Notes under the pieces: model-generated
What the model was told of the DNA's origin: nothing
Seen by the model: the letters and a program-made list of their open reading frames with translations, nothing else
The model's database searches: none
Assembly (NCBI GenBank): GCA_030704615.1
Contig: CM060732.1
Location: 63,116,001-63,180,000 of the forward strand
Direction of reading: 5' to 3'
DNA length: 64,000 nt
Source of the DNA: Takakia lepidozioides
Lineage: Eukaryota > Plantae > Bryophyta
Made by a program: the position numbers and the translations under genes
Shown here: positions 38,901 to 53,000 of the stretch, piece by piece
How the letters are laid out: each line of letters begins with the position of its first letter
Numbering within the stretch: the first letter of the stretch is position 1

Positions 38901-41900
38901 CATCTTCCCACTAGTGCCAGTCCTAGTCCATCTTGGTCAGCTTGGTTAGAGCCTTTGCAATGGCACTAAATCCCTTGACAAACCGTCTATAATAGTTTGC
39001 TAACCCCATGAAAGCTCGAACTCGGCTCACATCCGTGGGGCGTGGAATTTGTGCAATGGCCTCTACCTTAGTTTGTTGTACCCCCAATCCTCCAGGATAT
39101 ATCATGTGACCCATATACTCAATCTGGTTGTGGAAAATTTTGTACTTCCCCGGATGCAATTTCAATCCGTGCGCTCTCAAGCGCTCAAATACCACCTGAA
39201 GGTGTCTCTCATGCTCCTCCACTGTAGCACTGAAGATGATGATGTCATCTATGTAGCACTGAGTGTGGTCGGGTTCCTTTAATAGATTGTCTCACTTTGA
39301 GGAGACTGGCTTGCAGTTCATCGATGTGCAGAAAGGCATATTGAACAAGGTTATTCGTTTCCTCCTGGTGGAGCATTTAAATTGTCACTCAACATTTCAA
39401 GTGGTTAAATAAATAAAAAATCAAAATCAGGTACACGTCTCTCTGCATACTCAACCATTCCTTCATTGCAGGGAGTAAGGCAAGCTGTGGGACTACGCTG
39501 AAGTGAATGATAGTCATCTAATAGCTCACCTCTATTGCGGTGGTGTGCTTCATGTCCAGAAAAGTTTCGTGGTCTTATGCAAGCCTCATGCACACACACA
39601 ATCTCCCTCTCTATGTCTTAGAACGCTCTTTCACGACTAGACCATGTGATTTGTAAGGAAAACTCCTCAAGAGGTTGCAACATAGCAACCACTGGACGCG
39701 TCCTCTACCTCTAAGCCTGATGGACTTAAGGTTGCAGTCACGGAGGATAATTGGGAGCCAGATATTGGATCCATTGTTACCGGAGGAGAGAGACGACTTA
39801 TACGGCGGTTCCTGAGGGCTTACATGAATTGCTTTGCCTTCAGTTTGAAGGACTTGGGAGCACTGAAGGGTCAAGAGATTCGTATTGAGTTGGCCATTGA
39901 CACGCCAATCTTTCGGAGACCCTATAGATACAGTGATATGGAGAGGTCTTTGATTCAGATGAGGACTCAAGATCTCTGGGAGGCTAGTTTGGTGGAGCTC
40001 TCTGGTGGAGAGTATGCTTCAGCCACAGTGATGCTAGCTAAGAAGGATGTCTATGACAATTGGATGGAGAGACGTATGTGCGGTGATTACCGGCCTGTAA
40101 ATCGTCAGACCAAGTCCGATAAGTATGCCATGCCCACACCATAGGAGATTTTCGATGCCATTGGGCATGCCAAGGTCTTTAGCACTTTGGATTTGCGATC
40201 CGGATATCACCAGTTGCCAATCAAGGAGGCGGACAAGCAGAAGACGACATTCTGGGGGATCAATGAGCACGGGAATGATTGCATATATCAGTGGCGGTTC
40301 TTATCATTCGGGCTTAAGAATGCTCCTGCAGAGTTCCAGATAGTCATGGATAGGATTCTAGCAGGGGTGGAGTTTGCTGAACTTAGAGTCATTATACTCC
40401 ATTACGTTTTTTTTACTAGACTCAATCACAGTTTGATTACTGTTAGACTACTATGCTCCCTGATGGTCAGAATCTCCACTAAATCAACACTCCCACTGCT
40501 GGTACAGATTGTGGAAACTCAGCCCAAAATTGCCTTCAGGTTACAAGATTTGAGTGCTAATTATGTGATTCCTTGGCAGGTGCTCCAGCCCCGAATAAGG
40601 GACATGAGGCCGGGATTGCACAATGACACGGCCTCATCTTGCCCTATCATCCCATCCTTGAGGCCTTCCTCAACCCGAGAAAAATCCTCAACCTCATCCA
40701 TCACCGCCACCTTGGCTGCCAACTCCCTCTGAACCTCAAGCACCTCCCACGCGTGCCATGGATGTCTGCACCCCGTGGTCCTCACATGCTCGCCCCTACT
40801 CGTTGCCTGTACCGTCTCGGTAGGCAGGGAAACCGTCAAGGGAAGTGTGGTGACTGAAGATAACTGTAGTCTACGCTGCTTAGCCATACTCAGGCTGATG
40901 ATTCAGGTCAAGCAATTGAGATCCATTGCTTGCCCCAACACCTGACGACGTGATGCCTCTGAAAGAGATGGCACCGCCGTGGTACCAGTGGTAAAACCCA
41001 TTGTCCGCTCATGCTCGTTAGCATTAGGCTCCACTAACTGCTGCAACTAAGCATTCCACAGGAGGCCAGGTCCACTATCCCGGAAAGCTTGTGATCCTGG
41101 GAAGCTGAACAATGTAGGTAGTGCTGCTCGTGGTTGACCCACTTTGTTGACCACTGCCAAACGCGAACGGTCATCGTGTCTCACACGCTGAGACTGCCTC
41201 CTTGTGTCCAAGATGCTATCCACTGTTAGGTGTGTTGGCCGCTGTACCCCATCAAATTTACGCTTAAGCAGTACTAGTAGCATCAAGTTGGTCCACCATA
41301 ACCGTGGACGATGAGCCCGTGACCCCACTGTAGCTGTATCCAGCAACACTGCTGACCCAAGCCACGACCGGACTTGATGCACACTAGCCATCACCCTGGC
41401 CCGAGTATCACCTAGTAGTGGCACATTCTCCAAGATATAAGCTGGAGACACAGCTTGATAAAGCTGTAGATGACGCCAAACCCGCACTATCTTTCAAAAC
41501 AGACCCGACCTCGAGTCTCGCAATCCATTGCCATGCCCGGTTGATGAATGCTCTTGGCAAAGCCAACCTGCCACTACCAAGTGGATGGGGCCAACCCGCT
41601 CCAAATTTTGCGCCCCCAGCAAGGAAATGTTTGCTGGTAATGCTTGTTGGTATCCACAAACTACAGACATCGGCAACAATTCAGGGTACTGCTGTACCAA
41701 CTGAGCATGGCATAGTGAGACGCGTCATGCAGCCTCATCCTTCTCCACATACAAGTATCTCTGAACCCGTATACCTGCTTGTAGCACAACAGCCAATCCA
41801 GTGCTGATCCCGCCAAACAAGTCCAGAAGACAAATGCCTTCACTCTGGTACTGCCACACAATAGGTGTGGTGTCCATTGGTGACAACTGAGGTAGTCGTG

Positions 41901-44900
41901 GTGCAATCCCCGCACTCTCCTCCTCTACAGATGGTACAAAAGCCTCGACCCAGGCTTGTTGCACCTGCCGATCCGCAGCCCACTGCAAATCTTTGCTCGT
42001 GCCCCACAATGGAGTGTGAGCAACCATGCAAGCAGACAACTCTGCCATACCATGCATGCCATATGGCTTCTCCGGAGTGGCACATCCTCCATGTGAACAT
42101 TGCCCTCCAACAACTATCCAGGCCAAGTCACTGCAGCTGTGAAGGCTGCTAGTATCGGCATCTTGCTCCGCAGGGCCGCAGCAACATCTCCAATGAATGT
42201 CATAGGGAGTTGCATACGCCAGCCATTCCCAAACTGCCATCCAGGCCTATAGGAGGCTGTCTCCTACCAAAAATCCAGGGTGAAGCCCATGGGGTACAAC
42301 ACTGCCCCACCAACTAGGACATCATAAGAGACCGCGTCTGTCACAATGGCCTTGGCTCGCATCACTGAGCCATCTATAGGGTGATCCGGCCGTAGTCTGA
42401 TAACCACGCGTGTCATGCACCGAGCCTGCTCTGATCCTCCCAAAGATGTCTGTATCTGGAAAGGACAAGCCTCCATATCTGCCTACGTGAGGCCTAAGCC
42501 TGCAATAGCAGCTCTGCCAAACATCAACAGCTGAGCTCCCGAGTCCAACAATACCCACAGTGGCCGGTACCTCTTGCCTGGCGGTCCACTCAAACAGAAA
42601 ATACCCTCCTAGTTGTCTAACAATACAACCCCAGGTGTCACCATGGCGCGCTCAATGGCTGGCTTAGCTGGCAGTTCCATCAACCTGGCAGCTGCAGCTT
42701 GCCATGGCGCCGCCGTGGCAGTCTTGACCCTCAAGTCCGAGGATCCTTCCACCACTACACCTTCCACTATCTCCGCAGAAGATGAAGTGACCTCCCCACT
42801 CTCACGGAGTGTCGCTGCCAGTCTAAACACTACAGCAGGTCTTACCCCCGGCGTCGCAATCATGGTGGCCGAGAACAATGGAGCCCGACACACAGATATG
42901 GCCACCCCCAACAGCACACTAGTTGTCGTAGCCTTGGCAGCAGGTAGTGGTACTGCCCGTGTGGCTCTTCCCAATGGCACAGTGACCTCAATCTCGGTAT
43001 CAGTTGGGCGAGAACTAGGTGCCATAAATGGCGTCGACACGGTCTCCGCTAAGGTGAATGACGGAGGCAGCCTAGCCTGATGACTTGCCTCCCCATGCTA
43101 TGGATCCAACTCCACCTTTGCACCTCGTTTTTCAGGAACTTGTGCTGCTCCTCGAGTCACAGCCGCAACAGACTCTACCTGCACTAGTGGTAGTGCTGCC
43201 CCGCAGATGAATCCCATGTCTCCCATATTTCCTCTTTCAGGAACAGGAGGTGGACCCTCAGGCCTTTGAGCTGGTACCACATGGGCTGTGGCCATGGCAG
43301 CAAGCCTCTACTCTAGCTGTTGAAGCCGGTTGGCCATGCCATGGTCAACACCCTGACCTCTACGTCCCTGGCCATGCTGAGCTTGCCCTTGGCCTGCACC
43401 TCGTGCCTGACCACCTCGGCCTCTCTGAGCTGCTCCACCTCGCCCCCAGCCACCATTGTTCTGTTGGAATTGGTCTAGCCGCAGCTCAGGATGCAAGTCA
43501 TAACATTGGGCTTCTCCATGCCCATACTTGTCACAATGCCCACACTGCAACTGTGTAGGCTATGCCTGTGCTGAATCTTTGCCTCCCTCTGGGCAATTCT
43601 TCTTGACATGGGGTCCTTCACATGTCCAATACACCACCTTTGCCCGTTGTTGGCCTGCAAATGAAGGGAGAGACCCCTTCATCTGAGGTCTTCTTTGTCA
43701 TTTCCTGGGCTTTGTCTGAGCCCCCTTGTTGCCTTGAGCACGTTGGGGTAGTAGTTGGCTAGGAGCACCACTACCCCGTGGTGTCTCCTTAGCAAATCCT
43801 ACCATGACCACTCGTTCCTCCACCATGTTGAGTTCTATTCGCTCTGCCAGCAAAAATACATTTGTTAAGGTGGGTTGGGCCACTTGTAGGAGAGTTGCAT
43901 CCCGCACCCTTCTCCTCAGTTCCTTGTCCAATATCCCATACCAAAATTGGACTGCCTGAGCTTCCGTAACCCCTTGGGTTACATTTATCAAGCGCCTCAT
44001 CCGAGTAATAGCCTCCCTCAAGCTCTCAGTAGGCTTCCATTGGAACTCTTGCAAGATCCACAACTTCTGTGTCCTCACCCCTTGGTAGTTCCCTCTCAAC
44101 TCTTCGAAGAACTCTACAATAGGGTTGAAGGCAGGCACGGGTACTGGTGCTGGTGCGGTAGTGGCTCGGGTGGACGTCGTAGCTGCGGTACCACTAGTCT
44201 CACTAGTCCCACCGCTGCTTGTTGAAGCTGCCGATGCAGTTGCAGGTGTAGCCACTGCCCTCGTGGCTCTAGTGCCCCCTCGTGATGGAGACATAGTCGG
44301 GTGACCAGTATATCCTCCACACCTCGATCTCAACCTCATGCCCCCGCCTAAAACTCATGGTAATCATCCATGGGCGGCCCCTCAAGGTGTTGAAATAGCC
44401 CCTTCCATTCCATGAAAGATAAACAGTTCTGGATTGCGCATTTGCTGCAAGTCACACCAACTATCAAACTCTTGGATAAAATCGTCCAACTCAATGGTGC
44501 CCACTGCTCCAGAGTACCTACGTGGCCCCTTAGTAGTTCCATACATCTCCTCCATTGTATCCCACAACAATGGCAAGGAAACAACTTGCATCGTCGGCGT
44601 GAACCCTCCCTATTCAAAGTCTGAATCAGAACCTTCCTTGGAAGACACAGGAGGTGAAGGTGGCCTAAACCGCACACCTCGTCTCGTGTACCCACTAGTA
44701 TCGTTAGTGCTCAAACCGGCACTCTTCCCAGCAACTAGTGGCACCTCCGTGTTGACAAACTGACACTCAACCGGTCATGAACATGTCCCTAATCCCCTTT
44801 CCACAAGGTAGCCGGGTAGAGAACCCGTTGCAGCTTATAGTTTGGAATACTAGGTTCCTAACACAGCCTGCACCTACATCCACCGCAAGCACTCCTATGG

Positions 44901-46335
44901 TTGGCTGGTCATCACCTCCAACCTCACCAGAGGAAAAACAATGATGGTCTGACTGGTCATCACCCCAGCCTCACCATCGACAGCATGCTCTAGAACTGGT
45001 CGGTGATCAAATCCGGACCAATCACCTATAAAAGCAAGCGCCCACACAAAACTAACATGGTGCACAATCAAGCATGTAGGTGTGGAGGGGATCCAAACAC
45101 AAGAAATCAGAACGACAACTCCCCCACACTAAAAACAATTCCACGGTGTCGCGAAGCTTCCATCTTCAAGCTTGGAGGGCAAGCAAGAAAGATGGATTGG
45201 CTGATTTCTCTTATGGGGGGAGTAGTGCTTGTGTTGAGCATGTATTCAGCCAGCATGTATTCAGCCTGGCTGAATGCATGCTCTACACATGCAACCCCTT
45301 CACACAAGAGGTATCAGCCCCCTATCTTGGCTCCTTGGCTCCTTGTGCTCTCTAAAACAAGACCAAGCACCCTAGCGTTTGCCAAGCTCATGAAACCCTA
45401 AGGTCTATATTTCCAGCCACAAGACACTCCCCTTGTGATGCATGAGCTCCTCTTCCAAGCTCTGAAACCCTAGGTGCACATTCCATGGCCTTGCCGCACC
45501 TCTTAGCTCCTGTTCCAGCCATGTTCTTGCCATGGCAAGAGCCCTCTCAATGTTGAAGCTTGAGATTGAAACCGAATCTCAACATACTCCACCAAGTGCA
45601 TTGATTTGCCCCAAAACCAAATCAGCCCTCTCGCTTGATTTTTTACTCTTCCACACCATGGAAGCTCGTATTCCCAAGGCTAGTTCTCAGATTCGCTGCC
45701 TGAGCCACTATAACCTGCTCTTGTTCAGCCTCATATGCTCATGACTGATCCTCTTCCCACTCGTGCTCACCGCACACAATCTGAAACCATCAAGGTGCTC
45801 TGGAATTACCTACAGCACGGTGCATTCATCTCTGAAGCTGAAGATCGAATACCAAGCCGGTTCACCTACTTGTACCCAACATCGCCTCCGCTTCTAAGAA
45901 CCACGATCTTGATGATGCTCCTCGCATCCCAACCTAATTTCTCTCATTCTCAAGCAAAAACCACAAGTGCTACAACTAACTCGTATCTGGCACTAATAGA
46001 TACGAGCTCATCTTTCTCGAGTGATAAAGAAGAAAAATACAAGCACACAAGCTCTCTCAAACTCACACACTTGCACATGAAAACATCACTCATATATTAA
46101 GTCGAGCCAAGTGCACCCCACGCCATGGGGAATCCACACTACGGCGCCATAGCTAGGCGTGGTGAGGCTCAACTCGAGAAAGATGAGCCTCCCCGCGCTT
46201 GCCGTGAAGATAACCACTCCAGGGCCTAAATCTGCCTTGACCCCTGGATTGACACTTGGGCCAATCCCAAATGTCAATATGTAAAAACTAGCTATTTCCT
46301 AGCTAGTTTCATACTAGTGGTGAAATAACTTGACA
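35968..46335 (-). mobile_element. DNMT3-carrying Gypsy-type retrotransposon copy 2 (more decayed), split direct repeats, TSD TTCA
   Basis: TTCA at 35964-35967 and 46336-46339. A at 46022-46335 and 36123-36436; B at 36439-36607 and 35968-36123; junction GACAGCTGTC at 36433-36442. Many stops; DNMT motif IV reads WLCQ. Confidence 0.93.
39666..40378 (+). other. Inverted RT segment within copy 2, flanked by unrelated filler DNA
   Basis: Plus-strand ORFs 39824-40144 and 40187-40732 encode the RT N-terminus that is on the minus strand in copies 1 and 3. Confidence 0.9.
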
Positions 46336-47686
46336 TTCACTTTAGTGTATCGATTTCAATTCTTCCCGCATTGGCCTCGACATAAGAGATGCACTTGGAC
46401 ACATAGGGGATTGCACCTGGACTAAGATGGCAGTAGACACTTGGGCCAACGACACATGCTAACCTAGTTTAATTTTAATTAAAAAGTAGCCTATCTACCT
46501 ACCACAAAGTATCCAAGAAAATGAACACTATACTTTGCATCTGCATGCACCCACAAAATTTCTAAGCAATTCACAGTTGAATATGCTAGATTATATTAAT
46601 GTTTTATTGGGGATCTTTATTTAATTTTTGGCTTACAAAACATGCTAATTTTTGGTTTGACCATGCACATAGGTTTCATATAGGGGAAATCCCTAAGTGG
46701 AGGGCCACTACAGGAAATGGGGGGGGGGGGGGTTTAGCGACCCGCGACGTCGCCAGTGCCCCCTTTTGGCCCGGGCGTCGCATCTGAAATGTTGCGAAAA
46801 ATCAACGTCGGGGAGCCGCAAAGTGCCGCCGGGGCGACTTACGACGTCTGAAAAAAAAAAAAAAAAAAAAAAACCTTTTCTGCGATACCGCATTAGTGAT
46901 GTCCAGGGGTCGCAAAGTGCGACGTCGCAGTTTAGGGGGTTACATTTGAATTTATGTAGGAAAATTTGAATTTGAATTTCAAAAACTACTTGACCATTAA
47001 CTCTGATTTTGTCCAATGGCAATTCGTACACCGTTCTACATATATTAGGCAGCGTATTTGAACCTAGGACCTCCACTTTATAACATTTCTAAGACACTAC
47101 ATACTAACATCTACGATACATTCTATATATCACAAAAGTAGTCTAAGTATATATATACAAATCAAGATTTCTTCCAAGTATCTTCTAAAGGGGTTTTCTT
47201 GTGACGCCGGGGAGTTGCAACCTCCGCAGCCTTAGTGCCTATCCCCAACCCTAGCCCCTAACGTCGTTTTGCTGACGCACTAAGCTGGCTACGACACCCT
47301 AAGCTTGCTGCGACTCCGCGGGGGGGGGTGTCGCAATGCCAAAATAAAATAGAAAGGAGAGGCTAGGGCAGCGCTGCCTCAACAACTATTGCCACAGCGC
47401 CCCAGCTGCTCGCCCCTAAGCAGTTGACATCACAGCGCTGGACGCCCAAGCTACTGTTGCTCCAGCAGCTGGCGTCGCAGCGTCTTGCACCCCAGCGCGG
47501 GACACCCCCAGCGACGCCGGGGGTCGCAATGTTTTTAATTTTTTAATTTTTTTAATGGGGGGGGTGGGTGGTTGGGGGGGGGGGCTTGGACCCACGGTGG
47601 GGCGTCGCTGGGGATGCCCGACACTAGGGCCCAAAAATCTAGGAACGCCCGACACGAGAGGTCTTCCCTGCGAAAAGAAATGAGAT

Positions 47687-47723
<37 letters not shown>

Positions 47724-48029
47724 CCATTGTTCCCTCTATCATTTCTCCCCGCTAGTAGTTTGTTGTGAGGGTAGCAAGTGGCTTTTCTTTCCGCACTTGT
47801 TGTTAGGTATTAGCTGTTTTCTGGTATATGGTGTTTGTTGTGTTTTCGCTGGTGTTGTCGCGATGGAGGTTGGCAGTGAGCATGTGGCTTGTCGAAGTGC
47901 GAAGTGACAGTGTGGGGAACCATGTGCATTTGATTTAGATTTTTTTTCTCCCTTAGGAATGTGTAGGGATTGAAGGTTCGGGGGGTGATTCTTCCTTGGA
48001 AGGAGTGTTTGGAATATGTTAAATGAAGA

Positions 48030-49260
48030 CACTGGACGATATCATATCAAGAAAACCGGACAGTCAATGCAGGTGGTCATCGTATGAGTCGACCTACTGA
48101 TGAATGGGCTTGTAAAACTTTTGGTGAGTGGCGCTCTAAGGATGGGTACGATACAAGCATTTCGGTCGAAGATATGTCGGAACAAGTGGACCTACATGAA
48201 TTTGTTGATATGATATCTGTGTTCATCCTCGAGGTTAACAAACTGGACGACACTATGTACCCGCTTAAAACTTTGCAGTCATTAATGCGAGGTCTCGGAA
48301 GATTAATCCACGCCAGGTGCAATTTGAGGTGCATTCAATCTAGCAAGTCGGAGAAGTTTAATATTTTTACTGATCTTCATTACTATAGGGCCAAAGTTGC
48401 GGGGAGATGAAGCTGTGATGTGGTCTTTTGCTTCTGGTCTTGGTAAAGATATTAAGAACTCTGACTACCTCATTTTGGATGAAGAGGAATTGGTGCTTGA
48501 TCAACCGATGTGCCAGTGTGATTCGCCGAACGGCTTGAACTTTAGGTTCGTGTGGTACTGTACGCGCAACCTTTTTATAAGAGCTACTTCTGAAATGCGT
48601 ACAACAATGATGCAAGATTTTGCGATTGTGGACACTAGCATGGGAAGGGTGCTCCGTTATACACTTGGAATTTCTCATACTACGAAGGTGGATGTGACAC
48701 GGTGCGAGGTACAAGATCTTCGGAAGCCTATTTAGTGTCCTGTGGCCGATGTTATAGAAACATTTGAAATATTGATTGCTCGATGACCTGTATTTGGTGT
48801 GGGCCTCATCCACCTTTCTTGACTCATTTGATAAAGTGGAAAGTGAATCTTGTATGGTTTTTGAAAGGTTATGTTGGTTGCAATACGCTGAGTGGTATGA
48901 CTAAGAAGATGACGACATAAATCCGTGGCTTGGCGAACAAAGTTCTTACAAACAAGTCTACTAGGTCTACATGGATCATTCGCATGCAAGGGGTTTATTC
49001 CTTCAAGGATTGGGATGGGATGGTCACCAAGATGAAGAAAGCTATGAGAAATATTCTCGGATTGACAAAATGCTACATCACAGGGATGTACAGAGAATAA
49101 TATCTGGGGATAAATTGGATGGAAAGCACTTGACATTTGTGGAGGCTCTTGAGGATGAGGCTCGTAAGTACGCATTTGATCTAGCAAGGTGGTTAGTCGG
49201 TCCTCCACAGACTCGGTAGATTCTTGGCGACACATCAAATAGTTTTTGGTAGTTGTGCCT
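48030..49260 (+). pseudogene. Decayed Crypton-type (DUF3504-like) tyrosine recombinase
   Basis: Fragments TDEWACKTFGEW, VFILEVNKLDDTMYPLKTLQSLMRGLGR, GLGKDIKNSDYLILDEEE..DSPNGLNFRFVWY..FIRATSEMR, WFLKGYVGCNTLSGMTKKM, LTNKSTRST, GHQDEESYEKY follow the Crypton/ZMYM/QRICH1 YR pattern. Frameshifts and stops present. Confidence 0.7.
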
Positions 49261-50006
49261 CCTTCTGCAAGTGTTAGTAATGCCATAGTGCAAGTTGCTC
49301 ACAAGGGGGACGAGGAGAATTACTATGAAATGTCAGATGAAATATTCATGTAGGCCGAGCAAGATCTTATTCGACATACTTTTGCTATGTCATGCCACTT
49401 CCATGCGTCGTCTTCTAAAGGCCACAACTTCAATAATATTCACTTTTAATCTCAATGCTGATGTTGTTGAAGCGGCTATTTTACTTCGAGCTGCACTTGC
49501 GAGCAAGGCACCTACGTAGGAAGGCACCTGCGCAGGATTGATTCAGTTTCGGTGAATTCAAGTTTTAGAGATTCTGCATATTGCAGCTACAATTGTACAT
49601 ATTCTTTTGCAGCACATTATTTCACTGATTATTTGCGAGAAATTGCTATTCTCCTATAAAGTGTAAACGACAAACTCTGCCATGATCAATTTCGATCGAT
49701 CTAAGTAAACTTTGCTTCAACTCACCGGAGTTGCATTTTTGTGGGAACTTTGAGTTGAAATGCACTAGAAAGATGATAAAAAGAAATGGGAGTAGTCGAA
49801 GAAAAGATCTTGGAGACAAGGATAAGGAAATGTCGGAGGTGTGCATTACATGTGCACTGTGTATTATATACATATTTGTAATGCCCTTGTACATGTGGCT
49901 ATTATGTTGTATAACGAACAGATATTAATGAAGAGCAATCAGCCCCATTTCTTTACCTATTTGCTTTTTGCTATGTGTTTCTCCTAGCTAGCGTGCATAT
50001 GTGGTA

Positions 50007-53000
50007 TGTCGTGCGCATACATATCGCTACACAACTACATCGTTGTCCAAAAACACACAACACATGTGCACGCCACACACTAGTATACCATCTAGTCCAC
50101 ACTAGTCCAGCCACTAGTCCAACCACTAGGCTACAACTAGTCAGTCACTAGGTTGCCACTATGCTACCCACTATGGTAGTCACTAGTCCACACAATCGCC
50201 CCCCTAGCTGGTGCTTAGGTCTCTCTAAGTCCAGGTAGCCACAAGATGTGATAGTGACCATAGCCTCACTAAGTCCTCCACCACTGTCCCTACTACACTC
50301 AAATTCGATAGATCAAGAGGCCGGGTGCAAGAGTTGCCCCATCGTTAGTCGTCGTCTTGCAACCTGTGAACTTGAGTCTGGGATCTCGTGTATTGACTCC
50401 TATGAGCTTGGCCTCCCATGTCTTGTTAGCTGCCTCTAGTCATGTCCATTGCCACTATCCCAAGCAGTGTGGACATAACCAATCTCCATCAGGAACCCTC
50501 TTAAGAGGTGGTGTCAAGCATCCCATATGCTAACCTCTTGAGCATCGATCACACACCAACATGGTGGCTGCCCCTTTGGTAGACCCACAGAGCATGCACC
50601 TCAAACCTGCAGGTACCACTGCCAAGTTTGGGTCAACTCTGCCATCGACATTGGAAGGTGATATGGCGCACAATTACGAACATGGTCTTTCCAAATCAAG
50701 CCATCCCGACCCTCCAAGATCAGGACTCCTGAGGGCAACACCTCTCGAACCCTCAGAATAACACGCACTGCAAAGACATCCAGGGTCGTAGGAGCAGTAT
50801 GCTGCAAATAAACATAGTCACCCGGGCTAAATCGCCGAACCCCAGGACGATATCCTCCACCACGTATAGTGGCATACCTCAACGTATCACGATGCTGTGC
50901 AATGGCAAGGTTATCAAAAGCCATGGGCTTGACTTTCTTGAACAACTCTGCACGTTGATCACATGCACGTACCCACACGTCCGGATCGTCAAGGTTAAGG
51001 ACTTGAGCAGTGTCCTTACGAATGGCTGTAGGGAAATCCGGCTCTCGGCTAAAGAGAAGGAAATATGGTGAGAAGGAGGCAAGTGATGCTTGCTTGCTGA
51101 ACCTGTAGCCCATCGCTAATCAAGGCACCAGAAGATCCCAATCTCCTAGGTGTCCCTTCTGTAAGCCATACTTGCGCAAACCCCTCTTCACCGTCTGAAC
51201 AACTCTCTCTGCCAAGCCATCGGCCTCAGGATGATCCCGAGAAGTGGTGCGGTGGTCTATCAAGGCTTTATCACACAAAGCCTGAAACTCCCCTAAGAAC
51301 TCTCTCCCTTGGTCCGTGAGTACCTCAGCTGGAGCACCGAATCGGCTAAGCACACGATCTAAGAATGCAAACGCAGCCCCCTCACTAGCCTTGTCAGGCA
51401 ATGGAACCAATTCAATCCACTTGGAGAAGTGCTCCACCATCACCAACACATATCTGTGGTGGCACAAAGTCAGTGGCAACGGTCCTGCGAAGCCAAGACT
51501 CCACCTGTAGCCCAACCCCATGATTGGTAAATGATGCAATTGTGGTGTAGGGGCATTGAATGAAGCACGCACCGTGTCACACACCATGCACCTTGCCACG
51601 AATTGTTGCACCTCTATATGCATACCACGCCACCAATACTGCCCCTGCAGTAAACTGTGAGTGCGTCGCACTCCAAAATGCCCCAACTCCTCATGGGCAT
51701 GCCACACTAACCGTGCACGCTGTTGTGGGTGAGGTACGATCCTCACCCGACCATCCTCCCACACTCGAAGCAGATGTATCCCCTCCCACTTGAACCTCTT
51801 GGCTCGTTGTAGGATCCGATCCCTCTCCTTGGCAGTCACAATGGCTGCCGTGTCTCCAGTACGGAGGTAGTCCAATACAGCCGAATCCTCATGTATATCT
51901 CGGGTACTACCTGGCTCATGTATATCTCGGGTCCTTAGACACTCTGTCTACAGTCATCCCTGGTGTAGGCCCAATCTGGCCCTCCGCTCCCAAGATACAC
52001 AGAAATGCAGATGCATGCCATCCCGACACCATTTCCTCATCCGTCTCACCATGCCACCGCGTTCCAGTGTCATCCTGCTAGCTCGTGCATGGATTGCAAC
52101 TCAATCCATCCGCATCCCAATTGACCAAACCCGGTCGATGCATAACCTGAAAGTCATACTCCTGGAGTATGAGTGCCCACCGTGCAAGCTTCCCCGTAAG
52201 CTTGTCTGACTCCATCAACCACTTGAGTGGCTAGTAATCCGTGACAAGGGTGAAGAGATTGTCGTATAGATAACACCTGAAGTGTGCCACGGCCCACACT
52301 GCAGTTAAGCACTCTCCCTCATATGAGCTGTACTTAGCCTCTGCAACGTTATTCGAGCGGCTAGCATAAGCTACTACGAATTATATTCCCTCATCATCCA
52401 CCTGTGTGAGCACCGCTCCAAGCCCCAGCATGCTCCAATCCGTATGCAGCTAAAAGGGACGCCCCTGACAAGTCGTCTCAGGATAGGCGCCGAGGTCAAC
52501 CTCACCTTGAGCTCTTAAAAAGCTCATTTCTGCTCATCTTCCCACTAGTGCCACTCCTGGTCCTCCTTGGTCAGCTTGGTTAGAGCCTTTGCAATGGCAC
52601 TAAATCCTTTGATAAACCGTCTATAATAGTTTGCCAACCCCATGAAAGCTCAAACTCGGCTCACATCCGTGGGGCGTGGAATTTGTGCAATGGCCTCTAC
52701 CTTAGTCTGCTATACCCCCAATCCTCCAGGATATATCATGTGACCTAGATACTCAATTTGGTTGTGGAAAAACTTGCACTTCCCTGGATGCAACTTCAAT
52801 CCGTGCACTCTCAAGTGCTCCAATACCACCTGAAGGTGTCTCTCATGCTCCTCCACCGTAGCACTAAAGATGATGATGCCATCTATGTAGCACCGAGCAA
52901 AGTCCAACCCTGCTAGAATCATATCCACGACTCTCTGAAACTTTGCAGGAGCATTCTTAAGCCCAAATGGTAAGAACCGCCACTGATATAGGCAATCCTT

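Larger units (their letters stand above)
35502..46467 (+). mobile_element. Non-autonomous Helitron copy 2, interrupted by retroelement copy 2
   Basis: 5' TCAATATGTGAAGC; ~230 bp similar to 21095-21330; 3' GGGCCAACGACACATGCTAACCTAG|T. Confidence 0.6.

Noticed and set aside
35502-46467. Segmental duplication of 21095-32276
   Set aside because: Different TSDs, different insertion points in the Helitron, different repeat subtypes and unrelated outer flanks.
48030-49260. The nearby tyrosine recombinase as the integrating enzyme of the split-repeat elements (DIRS/PAT/Ngaro type)
   Set aside because: It lies outside all element boundaries and is decayed; the elements encode a DDE integrase and show TG..CA ends with 4-bp TSDs.
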